Assembly: GCA_033549025.1 (NCBI GenBank)
Contig: JAWSUS010000005.1
Span: 64,001 to 128,000, forward strand
DNA length: 64,000 nucleotides
Direction: 5' to 3'
From: Desulfuromonadales bacterium
Lineage (GTDB): Bacteria; Desulfobacterota; Desulfuromonadia; Desulfuromonadales; SZUA-540
The notes beneath the pieces are model-generated. The model was not told where the DNA came from. It did not search any database and saw only the letters and a list, made by a program, of their open reading frames with translations. A program made the position numbers and the translations under genes. Positions 28,846 to 38,509 of this stretch are shown in pieces; positions within the stretch are counted from its first letter, which is position 1, and every line of letters starts with the position of its first letter.

Positions 28846-29040
28846 GTGGAAATCCATGTCGTCGACAACAACGTCGAAAAGGCGATCCGGGTTCTCAAGC
28901 GCAAGCTGCAGCAGGAAGGGTTGTTTCGTGAAATGAAGCAGCGCAAATTCTACGAAAAGCCCAGCGTCAAGCGCAAGCGCAAAGAGAAAGAAGCCCAGCG
29001 CCGGCTGCGTAAAAAAATGCGGCTGATGAAGACGGACTGA
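28846..29040 (+). CDS. rpsU: 30S ribosomal protein S21
   Basis: VEKAIRVLKRK...FYEKPSVKRKRK; GAGGTG RBS. Confidence 0.97.
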   Translation: MEIHVVDNNVEKAIRVLKRKLQQEGLFREMKQRKFYEKPSVKRKRKEKEAQRRLRKKMRLMKTD

Positions 29041-29064
29041 TCTCTCGCATTGAAGTATCACAGT

Positions 29065-29157
29065 AACGAAGAAGGGCCACCTGCCAAGCAGGTGGCCCTT
29101 CTTCGTTGGGACGTTATATAGCCAGCGGCCGCCTTCAGACTGGAAGGCGGCCGCTGG
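29065..29157. terminator. Two tandem perfect hairpins between convergent rpsU and gap
   Basis: 20-bp stem at 29065-29107 and 15-bp stem at 29122-29157. Confidence 0.7.
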
Positions 29158-29173
29158 TGTTTTGAGTGATAGA

Positions 29174-30619
29174 TCAGGCCGGCAGGGCCGGCAGTTCGAG
29201 ACCGGCCATCTTTTCGACAATGCGTACCACCTGGGCGCTGTAGCCGAACTCGTTGTCGTACCAGACGTAGAGAACGCAGCGGTTGCCGTCGACGATGGTG
29301 GCCAGCGAGTCGACGATGCCGGCGTGCCGGGAACCAACAAAGTCGCTGGAGACGACCTCGGGTGAATTGGTGTAGTCGATCTGCTGCTGCAGACCGGAGT
29401 TAAGCGAGATATCCCGCAGATAGCTGTTCAGTTCCTGCACGCTGGTCCCTTCGTTCAGGGTCAGGTTGAGTATGGCCAGGGAGACGTTGGGGGTCGGTAC
29501 GCGAATGGCGTTGCCGGTGAGTTTCCCCGTCAGTTCCGGCAGCGCTTTGGCCACCGCCTTGGCGGCCCCCGTCTCGGTGATGACCATGTTGAGCGGGGCG
29601 CTGCGGCCGCGGCGGTTGTTCTTGTGGTAGTTGTCGATCAGGTTCTGGTCATTGGTGTAAGAATGACAGGTCTCCACATGGCCGTGTACGATGCCGAACC
29701 GGTCGTTGACCGCTTTGAGCACGGGAACGATCGCGTTGGTGGTGCAGCTGGCGGCGGAAAAGATTTTTTCGAGGGGGCTGATGAGCTCGTTGTTGACGCC
29801 GTAGACGATGTTGGGGATGTCCCCTTTGCCCGGCGCCGTGAGGATGACGGCAGAGGTTCCTTTGGCCTTGAGATGGCGGCCGAGCCCGTCGCGGTCGCGC
29901 CATTTTCCCGTGTTGTCGATAACGATGGCGTCCTTGATGCCGTACTGGGTGTAGTCGACCTCTTCAGGGGCATCGGCGTAGATAATGCGGATCATGTTGC
30001 CGTTGGCCACAATGGCGTTTTCCTGCTCATCGACCGTGATGGCGCCGCGGAAAAAGCCATGGACGGAGTCCCGGCGCAACAAGCTGGCCCGCTTGATGAG
30101 ATCGTCGGCACTGCCCTTGCGTACAACGGCGGCCCGCAGACGCAGTTTGTCGCCGCCGCCGGTCTTTTCGATCAGAAGCCGGGCGAGCAAGCGGCCGATG
30201 CGGCCAAAGCCGTAAAGGACGATATCCTGGGGTTCCTGGCGCATGGAGCCCTTGCCGGTGTTGACCGAAGTCAGTTCGCGGCGGACGAACTGCTCCACCG
30301 GCTCTCCGGCGGCCTGGGCCTGGTAGCGAACCGTCAGTTTGCCAATATCGATGCGGGCCGGGGCTAGATCCAGCTCGCCGATCACTTTGAGGATGGGGAA
30401 GCTGTCCCTTACCGACAGTTCGTTCTCCAGAATCTGGCGGGCAAAACGATGGGCCTTGAGGATGTCGATGGTGGACGGATTGATCAGCGTCCGCCCGTAG
30501 ACGGAGATGACCACGTTGCGGTCGCGATAGAGTCGGCCGATGATGGGGAGCATCGCCTCGGCGATCTCTTCCCGCTGCTGCCAGTCCTTGAGGTAATCGT
30601 CCTGCTTTGTCGAATTCAT
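29174..30619 (-). CDS. gap: Glyceraldehyde-3-phosphate dehydrogenase (long, N-terminally extended type)
   Basis: LYGFGRIGR, SAASCTTN, NAIRVPTPNVS, WYDNEFGYS. Confidence 0.95.
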   Translation of the reverse strand: MNSTKQDDYLKDWQQREEIAEAMLPIIGRLYRDRNVVISVYGRTLINPSTIDILKAHRFARQILENELSVRDSFPILKVIGELDLAPARIDIGKLTVRYQAQAAGEPVEQFVRRELTSVNTGKGSMRQEPQDIVLYGFGRIGRLLARLLIEKTGGGDKLRLRAAVVRKGSADDLIKRASLLRRDSVHGFFRGAITVDEQENAIVANGNMIRIIYADAPEEVDYTQYGIKDAIVIDNTGKWRDRDGLGRHLKAKGTSAVILTAPGKGDIPNIVYGVNNELISPLEKIFSAASCTTNAIVPVLKAVNDRFGIVHGHVETCHSYTNDQNLIDNYHKNNRRGRSAPLNMVITETGAAKAVAKALPELTGKLTGNAIRVPTPNVSLAILNLTLNEGTSVQELNSYLRDISLNSGLQQQIDYTNSPEVVSSDFVGSRHAGIVDSLATIVDGNRCVLYVWYDNEFGYSAQVVRIVEKMAGLELPALPA

Positions 30620-30844
30620 GGGCGTTTCCTTTTATGGGTTAATGAATCAAGACAGGTGGGATCAGGATAGCTCAAAACCGGGCGTATCCTAAACGAACTT
30701 CCCCCCTTTTTCAACCCCCTTGACGGTAAAAATGGCGACTTTGGGCTGGACTTCACAGGGGTGAGCTGATATCTATTATCCGGTTGCATCTGGTAGTAAC
30801 ACTGTGTTTTGAAATAGTCGAAAAAGACAGGGAGGCTGGAAGTC

Positions 30845-31825
30845 ATGGGCAAAAAAGTGCATTTCAGTGAGTTGGGGCTGGTCAATACCCGGGACATGTT
30901 CCAAAAGGCCGTGGGGGGTGGTTACGCCATTCCCGCCTATAACTTTAATAACCTCGAACAGTTGCAGGCCATTGTCATGGCCTGTGCCGAGACGGCTTCA
31001 CCCGTCATCATTCAGGTCAGCAAAGGGGCCCGCAGCTACGCCAACAGCACCATGCTGCGCTATATGGCCCTGGGAGCGGTGGAAATGGTGCGCGAAATGG
31101 GGTCCAATATTCCCATCGCCCTGCACCTGGACCACGGCGACTCCCTGGAGCTGTGTCAGTCCTGTGTCGACTCCGGCTTTTCCTCGGTCATGATCGACGG
31201 TTCCCACCTGCCTTACGAAGAAAACGTAGCGCTGACCCGCCAGGTTGTCGAATATGCCCACGCCCACGACGTGACCGTCGAGGGGGAGCTGGGTGTTCTG
31301 GCCGGCATCGAGGACGAGGTGCAGGCCGATCATTCCACCTACACCAAGCCCGAGGAGGTCGAGGATTTCGTCAAGAAGACGGGAGTCGACTCTCTGGCGA
31401 TCTCCATCGGAACCAGCCATGGCGCCTATAAGTTCAAGCTCAAGGAAGGGGAGCAGGTGCCGCCGCTGCGCTTCGATATCCTCACGGAGATCGAGAAGCG
31501 GATCCCCGGTTTCCCCATCGTGCTGCACGGAGCTTCCAGCGTGGTGCAGGACTATGTCCGCCTGATCAACGCGTACGGCGGCCGCATGGAAGGGGCGGTC
31601 GGTGTGCCCGAGGACCAGCTGCGACAGGCGGCGGCCAGTGCCGTGTGCAAGATCAATATCGACTCCGATGGCCGACTGGCGGTCACCGCCAAGGTTCGCG
31701 AATATCTGGCCAACCATCCCGAGGAGTTCGACCCGCGCAAGTATCTCGGCGAAGCCCGCAAGGAGCTGATCACCCTCATCAAGCACAAGAACGAGACGGT
31801 GCTGGGCAGCGCCGGCAAGGCCTGA
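30845..31825 (+). CDS. fba: Class II fructose-1,6-bisphosphate aldolase
   Basis: PAYNFNN, LHLDHG, SVMIDGS, GTSHGAYK, VLHGASS, KINIDSD. Confidence 0.96.
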   Translation: MGKKVHFSELGLVNTRDMFQKAVGGGYAIPAYNFNNLEQLQAIVMACAETASPVIIQVSKGARSYANSTMLRYMALGAVEMVREMGSNIPIALHLDHGDSLELCQSCVDSGFSSVMIDGSHLPYEENVALTRQVVEYAHAHDVTVEGELGVLAGIEDEVQADHSTYTKPEEVEDFVKKTGVDSLAISIGTSHGAYKFKLKEGEQVPPLRFDILTEIEKRIPGFPIVLHGASSVVQDYVRLINAYGGRMEGAVGVPEDQLRQAAASAVCKINIDSDGRLAVTAKVREYLANHPEEFDPRKYLGEARKELITLIKHKNETVLGSAGKA

Positions 31826-31842
31826 ACGCCCTGAAAAACACC

Positions 31843-31884
31843 CCAATAGAAAAGGCCGCCTCATCGGGCGGCCTTTTCTATTGG
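31843..31884. terminator. Bidirectional intrinsic terminator
   Basis: CCAATAGAAAAGGCCGCC / GGCGGCCTTTTCTATTGG inverted repeat. Confidence 0.8.
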
Positions 31885-31888
31885 CGGG

Positions 31889-33130
31889 TTATTCGGGACG
31901 GTGATGGTTCTGCGGCAGGGCTTTGAACCTCACCTCCAGCGACAGGGTCTGCGTGTCCCGTTCGATGATCAGTGTCGCCAGGTCGCCTTCCTGACGCTGC
32001 TTCACTTCGTAGATCAGGTCGAAGGCCTCCTCCATGGGCAGTTCGTTGAACTGGCGGATGATGTCCCCTTCCTGCAGGCCAGCCTCGGCAGCCGCCGAGC
32101 CGGGAATCACCCCCTTGATCAAAACCATCCCCTGGGAGTCGTCCAGCATGGCCCCGAGTTTGACTTCCTGGTGTGGCAGATCCTCGTATTCGGTAAAGAC
32201 CATGAAATCATAGGGCGGCATGGGGAAATCGGGAATCTCCACGTCCATGAGGCGGTCTTTCTTGCTCTCGGGGATGTCGAGCTCCCTTGACCCGATGAAG
32301 GTGTGGGAGGTGGGGAGCCGGCGGAAAACCCGGCGGGGGATGCCGTAGCCGTAGCGCACATGGTTGCCCCCGGCTACGATCATCATGCGCCAGGAATCGT
32401 CGTTCCGGCTGTTCAGGAAGCGTACGATGCTCTCGGCCATGGCCTCATCCCAGAGATTCTGGACGCGCATGAATCCTTCCAGCATGCTGTTGCCCTGGCT
32501 GTGTCCACCGTAGATCGCTTCGACCATGGCGCGATGATAGGGGTCGCTCATGTCGATCTGCGGCAGGCGCTGGCTCTGGGACTCGTCGAGCTGCTCAAAG
32601 GGTTTCTGCCCCACGGCGCGCACCAGGTCTTTGTCGGCGTTGAGGCCGACCACGGGGATGCGATGGTCGCGGGCGAAGACCAGCAAGTCCCGATAGTAGG
32701 CGAAATCCATGTTCCAGACGGCGTACCAGCGGGATTGCTTGAGGAATTCTTTTTCGCTGAGTTCGCCGGCCACCCAGCGATCCAGCACCTCCTGCTGGGC
32801 GGGGGTGAACATCTCCATGCCGAGAGCGAGTCGATCGGGATAGAGTGTGGCCATCGCCCGCAGAACGGTCAGCTGCAGGCGATGGGAGGCGGGATTGTCG
32901 TGGGTTTCGCCCACATAGACCAGGCGGGCATCCGTCGCGGTGGCGAGCATCTGCTCTTCATCGACGAAGATCCCCGTCGGCAGGTGGAGGATGTCGCCGA
33001 TGGCCGGTTGCCGGTCGGGACGGTAGGGGTTTTGCGGGTCGCCCGAAAGTTTGGAGGAGGAGCAGGCCGTCATGGTCAGGGTTGCTCCGATAGCCAGTGT
33101 GACCAACAGGTTTCGCATGACCGTAAACAT
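31889..33130 (-). CDS. ChaN-family lipoprotein with C-terminal PDZ domain
   Basis: Lipobox MTAC; VYVGETHDN..H, LGMEMF, QNLWDEAMA, AGGNHV.YGYGIP; PDZ (V.PGSAAAEAGLQEGD). Confidence 0.85.
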   Translation of the reverse strand: MFTVMRNLLVTLAIGATLTMTACSSSKLSGDPQNPYRPDRQPAIGDILHLPTGIFVDEEQMLATATDARLVYVGETHDNPASHRLQLTVLRAMATLYPDRLALGMEMFTPAQQEVLDRWVAGELSEKEFLKQSRWYAVWNMDFAYYRDLLVFARDHRIPVVGLNADKDLVRAVGQKPFEQLDESQSQRLPQIDMSDPYHRAMVEAIYGGHSQGNSMLEGFMRVQNLWDEAMAESIVRFLNSRNDDSWRMMIVAGGNHVRYGYGIPRRVFRRLPTSHTFIGSRELDIPESKKDRLMDVEIPDFPMPPYDFMVFTEYEDLPHQEVKLGAMLDDSQGMVLIKGVIPGSAAAEAGLQEGDIIRQFNELPMEEAFDLIYEVKQRQEGDLATLIIERDTQTLSLEVRFKALPQNHHRPE

Positions 33131-33161
33131 GACTCTCCTTCTGTCGTGGCCCGGTGGATGC

Positions 33162-33962
33162 TCAATAGATATTCTTGGAATAGAAGATCTCGGTCATCTC
33201 TTTTTGCAGACTTTCCTTTACCCGACGTTTCTCCTCGGGGGTGAAGTCCTTGGCGGCGCTGGCGAAGAGGTAGTTGTCGAGGTTGAAGTCGCGCAGCAGC
33301 ATCTTGGTGTGGAAGAGATTTTCCTGGTGGATATTGATGTCCACACACTGATAGAGATCCAGGGTCGACTTCTTGATGAACTGCTGGATCGACAGGATCT
33401 TGTGATCGATATAGTGCTTGGTGCCCTTGACGTCGCGGGTGAAGCCGCGCACCTTGTAATCCATGAGAACGATGTCCGACTCGAAGGAGTTGATCAGGTG
33501 GTTGAGGGCTTTGAGCGGGCTGATCTTGCCGCAGGTGGAGACGTCGACGTCGACGCGGAAGGTCGACACGCCGGTGCGGGAGTCGGTCTCCGGGTAGGTG
33601 TGGATGCACAGGTGGCTCTTGTCGAGATGGGCCAGGACCTGGTCGGGTTTGGGGTCCACCGGTTCCTCGGCGATGAGGATGGTGACGCTGGCCCCCATGG
33701 GATCGTAATCCTGGCTGGAGACGTTGAGGATATTGGCCCCGATGATGTCGGCCACCTCGGTCAGGATCTTCACCAGACGCTCTGAATTGTACTCCTCATC
33801 GATATATTCCAGATACTCCTTGCGGGCCTGGGGCGCGCGGGCGTAGCAGACATCATAGATGTTGAAGGACAGCGTTTTCGTCAGGTTGTTGAAGCCCCGC
33901 AGCTTGATTTTGTGGGGGCGCTTGGGGCGACTGGTCTTTTTTACCACTTTTTTTGCACACAT
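33162..33962 (-). CDS. speD: S-adenosylmethionine decarboxylase proenzyme (E. coli-type)
   Basis: [30 protein letters not shown] self-cleavage site, STCG.ISPLKAL. Confidence 0.93.
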   Translation of the reverse strand: MCAKKVVKKTSRPKRPHKIKLRGFNNLTKTLSFNIYDVCYARAPQARKEYLEYIDEEYNSERLVKILTEVADIIGANILNVSSQDYDPMGASVTILIAEEPVDPKPDQVLAHLDKSHLCIHTYPETDSRTGVSTFRVDVDVSTCGKISPLKALNHLINSFESDIVLMDYKVRGFTRDVKGTKHYIDHKILSIQQFIKKSTLDLYQCVDINIHQENLFHTKMLLRDFNLDNYLFASAAKDFTPEEKRRVKESLQKEMTEIFYSKNIY

Positions 33963-34088
33963 AGTTCCATATCCCTCCCGGGTGGTGAGATATTTGGCCA
34001 AGCCAAATTCGTTAATCTAAACATGAACGAGGGCCGGATTTCAACCATAAATATTGGCCTGGTACGGGGTGCCGGAGCGGCCGGCCGG

Positions 34089-34131
34089 AAAAAGAAAAAT
34101 GCCCCCGCCAGCAGGCGTTGGGGCATTTTTC
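34089..34131 (-). terminator. Terminator downstream of thiC
   Basis: AAAAATGCCCC...GGGGCATTTTT hairpin with U-rich tail on the minus strand. Confidence 0.65.
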
Positions 34132-34158
34132 AAGCCGGGTTTGCGCAGCGAAGCTGCC

Positions 34159-35460
34159 TCAGCCGGCGGTGCTCTGCTTTTTGCGTTCGTTCATGACCTT
34201 GTAGGCGCAAAACTCCCCGCACATGGTGCAGGCGCCGTGTTCCTCGTCGACACCTGATTCGGCTCGCAGGCGGCGGGCTTTTTCGGGGTCGAGGGCCAGT
34301 TCGAACTGTTTTTCCCAATCCAGCTCCTTGCGGGCGCGGGCCATGGCGTTGTCTTTGTCGATGGCGCCTTTGACGCCCTTGACGATGTCGGCGGCGTGGG
34401 CGGCAATGCGGCTGGCCATGACGCCTTCATGCACATCCTCGACAGTGGGCAGACGCAGGTGCTCGCTGGGGGTGACGTAGCAGAGGAAGTCGGCGCCGGC
34501 GGAGGCAGCCAGGGTGCCGCCGATGGCGCAGGTGATGTGGTCGTAGCCGGGGGCGATGTCGGTGACCAGGGGGCCCAGCACATAGAAGGGGGCGCCGTGG
34601 CAGAGCCGCTTCTGCAGCTGGATGTTGGCTTCGATCTGGTTGAGGGGCACGTGCCCCGGCCCCTCGATCATCACCTGGACGCCGGCGTCCCAGGCGCGCT
34701 GGGTCAGTTCGCCCAAAACGATGAGCTCATGAATCTGGGCGCGGTCGGTGGCGTCGGCCAGGCAGCCGGGGCGGAAGCCGTCGCCGAGGGAGAGGGTAGC
34801 ATCGTAGGGCTTGACCAGTTCGAGCAGACGGTCGAAGTGTTCGTAGAGGGGGTTTTCGGCCTGATTGCGGGTCATCCACTCGATGGTGAAGGAGCCGCCG
34901 CGGGAAACAACCTCCATGATGCGCCCCTCACGGTCCATGCGCTCGACGGTGGCGCGGGTGACGCCGCAGTGCACGGTGATGAAATCGACGCCGTCGTCGA
35001 GGTGTTTTTTGATGCCGTCGAAGATCTCGTCGACCGTCATGTCGACCATGGCCTTCTTTTTACGGACGACGGTATCGACGGCGGCCTGATAGAGGGGGAC
35101 CGAACCGATGCAGGCGCTGGTTTCGCGGATGATGGCGGCACGGATCTCATCGATGGGGCCGCCGGTGGAGAGATCCATGATGGCGTCAGCGCCGGCGGCG
35201 ACGGCGACCCGGGCCTTTTCCAGTTCCTTGTCGATGCTGGTGTCGTCCTTGCTGGTGCCGATGTTGGCGTTGACCTTGGTGCGCAGGCCCTTGCCCACGG
35301 CCAGGGGGATGCCGTTGGTGTGCAGATTGTTGTGGCAGATGATGGCGGTGCCTTCGGCAATGCGCTGGCGCAGAATTTCTGGGTCGATGCCTTCAGCGGC
35401 CGCGGCCTGTTGCATCTTGTCGGAGATCAGGCCCTGGCGGGCGATTTCAAGCTGGGTCAT
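34159..35460 (-). CDS. thiC: Phosphomethylpyrimidine synthase
   Basis: KVNANIGTS, MDLSTGG, SRGGS, EGPGH, YVTPSEHL, CTMCGEFC; lies in the TPP-riboswitch operon. Confidence 0.96.
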   Translation of the reverse strand: MTQLEIARQGLISDKMQQAAAAEGIDPEILRQRIAEGTAIICHNNLHTNGIPLAVGKGLRTKVNANIGTSKDDTSIDKELEKARVAVAAGADAIMDLSTGGPIDEIRAAIIRETSACIGSVPLYQAAVDTVVRKKKAMVDMTVDEIFDGIKKHLDDGVDFITVHCGVTRATVERMDREGRIMEVVSRGGSFTIEWMTRNQAENPLYEHFDRLLELVKPYDATLSLGDGFRPGCLADATDRAQIHELIVLGELTQRAWDAGVQVMIEGPGHVPLNQIEANIQLQKRLCHGAPFYVLGPLVTDIAPGYDHITCAIGGTLAASAGADFLCYVTPSEHLRLPTVEDVHEGVMASRIAAHAADIVKGVKGAIDKDNAMARARKELDWEKQFELALDPEKARRLRAESGVDEEHGACTMCGEFCAYKVMNERKKQSTAG

Positions 35461-35526
35461 GTTTTTTCCTCGCATTTACGGTCCGCTCAGGCAGGCCGTC
35501 AGTTGTGTAAAAGTGCCGAACCGGGT

Positions 35527-36945
35527 TCACTCGGGCTGGCGGAAAAGCCGGGCGGCCCGATAGTGGTTGACGGGGCCGTGTCCCGTGCCCAAATCAAAGG
35601 AGCTGCGGATGGCTTCGGTGATGAAGGTTTTGGCTTGCTCGACGGCCTGGGTCAGTGGCACCCCCTGGGCGAGGAAGGTGGCAATGGCGGCCGAGTAGGT
35701 GCAGCCGGTACCGTGGGTGTTGGGGGTGTCCAGGCGGGGAGCAGCCAGGCGGTGCAGTTGGTCGTCGGCCAGCAGCAGGTCGACGGCGGCTCCTTCAAGG
35801 TGGCCCCCTTTAATCAGGACATGGCGGGCGCCCATCTGCTGCAACCGGCGGGCGGCGCGCTCCATGTCCTTTTCGTTGCGCACGGCAAAACCGGTCAGGG
35901 CTTCCGTTTCGGGCAGGTTGGGGGTCAGCAGGTAGGCGACCGGCAGCAGGTGCTGGACAAAAGCCGCGATGGCCTCCTGCTGCAGCAGGGGAGCGCCCCC
36001 CTTGGCAATCATGACCGGATCGACCACGGCAAGCAGGGCGTGCTCCCGGATGGCGCGGGCCACCTGCTCGACGATTTCGGCCGAAAAGAGCATGCCTATT
36101 TTGACCGTATCGGTACCCAGATCTGCCAGCACGGCGTCGATCTGGGCGGTGACGAAATCCACGGGGGCGGGGTGCACCCCTTTGACCCCGAGGGTGTTCT
36201 GGGCGGTGAGGGCGGTGAGGGCGCTCATGCCGAAGCTGCCCAGCACGGTGATGGTTTTAAGGTCGGCCTGAATGCCCGCTCCTCCCCCTGAATCCGAACC
36301 GGCGATGGTGAGAACCTTGCCGCGGGGAAAGGGATTGTGACGGTTAAAAAGCAGGGCCATTTCGCCGGCAGCCAGCGCCGGCGCCGGGTCGCCCATGACC
36401 GCCGAGATGACGCAGAGGGCATCGGCGCCGGCCTCGAGGACGTCGCTGCCGTTGTCGCGGTTGATGCCGCCGATGGCCACTACCGGTATCTGCACGGCCT
36501 TGCGCACTTTTTTGAGTATGTCAAGCCCCACCACCTGGATATCGTCCTTGCTGGTGGTTGGATAGATGCTGCCGACGGCGACGTAATCTGCCCCCTGCCT
36601 CTGGGCCTTGAGGGCTTCTTCGGCATTGCGGGTGGAGACGCCGATGATCTTGTTCGGCCCCAGAATGCGACGGGCCTCGCCGACGGCGCCATCCTGCTGG
36701 CCGATATGAACGCCGTCGGCGCCGCTGGCCTGGGCGATGACCGGATCGTCGTTGACGATAAAGGTGGCTCCCCGCTGCCGGCAGAGCTGTTTGAGCTGGC
36801 TGGCGATTGCCAGTTGCTCCTGATCGGGCCGCACCTTGTCCCGGTACTGGACAACGCGAACCCCACCCTGCAGGGCTGCGGCCACCTTCTCCAGCATGAT
36901 CTCTACCGGTTCCTGGGCGGTGATCAGGTAAAGTCCGTCAATCAT
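35527..36945 (-). CDS. thiDE: Bifunctional thiamine-phosphate synthase / HMP(-P) kinase (ThiE-ThiD fusion)
   Basis: VQYRDK, GVHIGQQD, AIGGI; then LTIAGSDSGGGAGIQADLK, VVDPVM, NTHGTGCT. Confidence 0.94.
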   Translation of the reverse strand: MIDGLYLITAQEPVEIMLEKVAAALQGGVRVVQYRDKVRPDQEQLAIASQLKQLCRQRGATFIVNDDPVIAQASGADGVHIGQQDGAVGEARRILGPNKIIGVSTRNAEEALKAQRQGADYVAVGSIYPTTSKDDIQVVGLDILKKVRKAVQIPVVAIGGINRDNGSDVLEAGADALCVISAVMGDPAPALAAGEMALLFNRHNPFPRGKVLTIAGSDSGGGAGIQADLKTITVLGSFGMSALTALTAQNTLGVKGVHPAPVDFVTAQIDAVLADLGTDTVKIGMLFSAEIVEQVARAIREHALLAVVDPVMIAKGGAPLLQQEAIAAFVQHLLPVAYLLTPNLPETEALTGFAVRNEKDMERAARRLQQMGARHVLIKGGHLEGAAVDLLLADDQLHRLAAPRLDTPNTHGTGCTYSAAIATFLAQGVPLTQAVEQAKTFITEAIRSSFDLGTGHGPVNHYRAARLFRQPE

Positions 36946-36962
36946 AATGAGCTCTCATTTGC

Positions 36963-37001
36963 AAAATAAAAAATCGTCATGCCTTCGCAGGGCATGACGA
37001 T
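36963..37001 (-). terminator. Riboswitch expression-platform terminator
   Basis: ATCGTCATGCC-loop-GGCATGACGAT-TTTTTATTTT between the aptamer and the thiDE start. Confidence 0.8.
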
Positions 37002-37024
37002 CGGAAAACAACCGGTTCCTCTCG

Positions 37025-37110
37025 CCGCTTCCCTACGCCGGTACGAACCGGATCAGGTTCAAAGGGTCATCCCTGGTTGCGGGATTCTCAGTGTGCCACT
37101 CCCCTAGCGG
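37025..37110 (-). ncRNA. TPP riboswitch
   Basis: Minus strand CCGCTAGGGGAG...CTGAGA...ACCCTTTGAACCTGATCCGGTTCGTACCGGCGTAGGGAAGCGG matches the THI-box consensus, upstream of thiDE-thiC. Confidence 0.96.
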
Positions 37111-37328
37111 TCTGCACTTTTCCAGCGGCCCAGCCCGTGCCGGCGCCTGCCGCCCTTCATCTCCGGACGAGCCGTGAGAAGAAGAAAAAAGCCTAATGGA
37201 TTAGGGTTTTGCTGTCAACCAGAATAATGCGGGAATCACCATTCCGCCGGCGGCAGAAGGAGAGTTTCTCCTTTACAGTCTCGGACCATCGTGCTAAGAA
37301 ATTTTTTTCTTCCAGAGGCCTTTCCGTT

Positions 37329-38462
37329 ATGTCTCCTGATTCTACGGTTCCAACGTTTATCGAGATAAATCTTGCCGCCCTGCGTCACAACTTCCGCCAG
37401 GCGCGAAGGCAGGCGGGAGCAGAGCGCAAGCTGCTGGCGATCGTCAAGGCAGACGCCTATGGTCACGGGATTGGGCCGGTGGCGGTCTGTCTGCAGGACG
37501 AGGGCGCCGATCTGTTTGGTGTGGCCTCCGTGCAGGAGGGGCAGCAGTTGCGTGAGGCGGGGATCGACCGCCCTGTTGTCATCCTGGGAGGGTTTTTCCC
37601 GGGCCAGGAAGTGGCTCTCCTCCGCCACCGCTTAATCCCCATCCTGTTTGATGTCGAGACCGCGAGGCGTCTGAACCAAGTCGCTCTGGCTAACGGTCAA
37701 GTCTGTCCCTTCCACCTCAAGCTCGATACGGGTATGGGGCGGGTCGGTTTTCGGCCCGAGGAGCTTGGGGCGGTGCTGGAGGAGATAGCCGCCTGGAAAG
37801 GGCTGCGGCTCGAAGGGGTTCTGTCCCATCTGGCGCTGGCCGATGCGCCGCAGGATCCCCTGACGTCCCGTCAGTATGAAACGTTCTGCGGCATGCTGCA
37901 GCAGATTCGTGACGCCGGCTATCAGCCTCCGTGGATTCATCTGAGCAACAGTGCCGCGCTCTTCGCCCATCATCTGCCCGAATGCAATCTGGTGCGTCCC
38001 GGCATCGTCCTCTATGGAGCGCTGCCGTCCGATGCCTTTGCCGGCCGTCTCGATCTGCGGCCGGTCATGAGCTGGCGCACTCATATCTATCAGCTCAAGC
38101 AGGTTCCTGCCGGTACCGGGGTGTCCTACGGCCATCGCTTCAAGGCCGAGCGGCCCTCCGTGCTGGCCGCCATTCCGGTGGGCTACAGCGACGGCTATAA
38201 CCGGCACCTGTCCGGTTGCGGCGAGGTGCTGGTGCGGGGTCAGCGGGCGCCGGTGGCCGGTACCGTGTGCATGAACTGGACAATGATCGATGTCAGCGAT
38301 ATCCCCGGAGTTCGGGTGGGGGACAGGGTGACGCTGCTGGGCAGGGATGGGGAGGACTGCATTGGTGCCGAGGAACTGGCGGAAAAGACAGGAACCATCT
38401 CCTATGAAATTTTCTGCCAGGTCAGTAAGCAGATCCCCCGTCTTTACCGTGATGACGGCTGA
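37329..38462 (+). CDS. alr: Alanine racemase
   Basis: AIVKADAYGHG, HLKLDTGMGRVG, VRPGIVLYG, PVGYSDG, GTVCMN, TISYEI. Confidence 0.96.
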   Translation: MSPDSTVPTFIEINLAALRHNFRQARRQAGAERKLLAIVKADAYGHGIGPVAVCLQDEGADLFGVASVQEGQQLREAGIDRPVVILGGFFPGQEVALLRHRLIPILFDVETARRLNQVALANGQVCPFHLKLDTGMGRVGFRPEELGAVLEEIAAWKGLRLEGVLSHLALADAPQDPLTSRQYETFCGMLQQIRDAGYQPPWIHLSNSAALFAHHLPECNLVRPGIVLYGALPSDAFAGRLDLRPVMSWRTHIYQLKQVPAGTGVSYGHRFKAERPSVLAAIPVGYSDGYNRHLSGCGEVLVRGQRAPVAGTVCMNWTMIDVSDIPGVRVGDRVTLLGRDGEDCIGAEELAEKTGTISYEIFCQVSKQIPRLYRDDG

Positions 38463-38509
38463 ATGGACCCCAGCCTGAAGGCAGCAGGCGGGCGCAAAGG
38501 AATCCCTCG

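Noticed and set aside
34159..35460. Possibility that the ThiC-like gene is BzaA/B/F (benzimidazole synthesis)
   Set aside because: It is co-transcribed with thiDE under a TPP riboswitch, which supports true ThiC.
35527..36945. ThiE-ThiD fusion as a novelty
   Set aside because: Such fusions are already well known.
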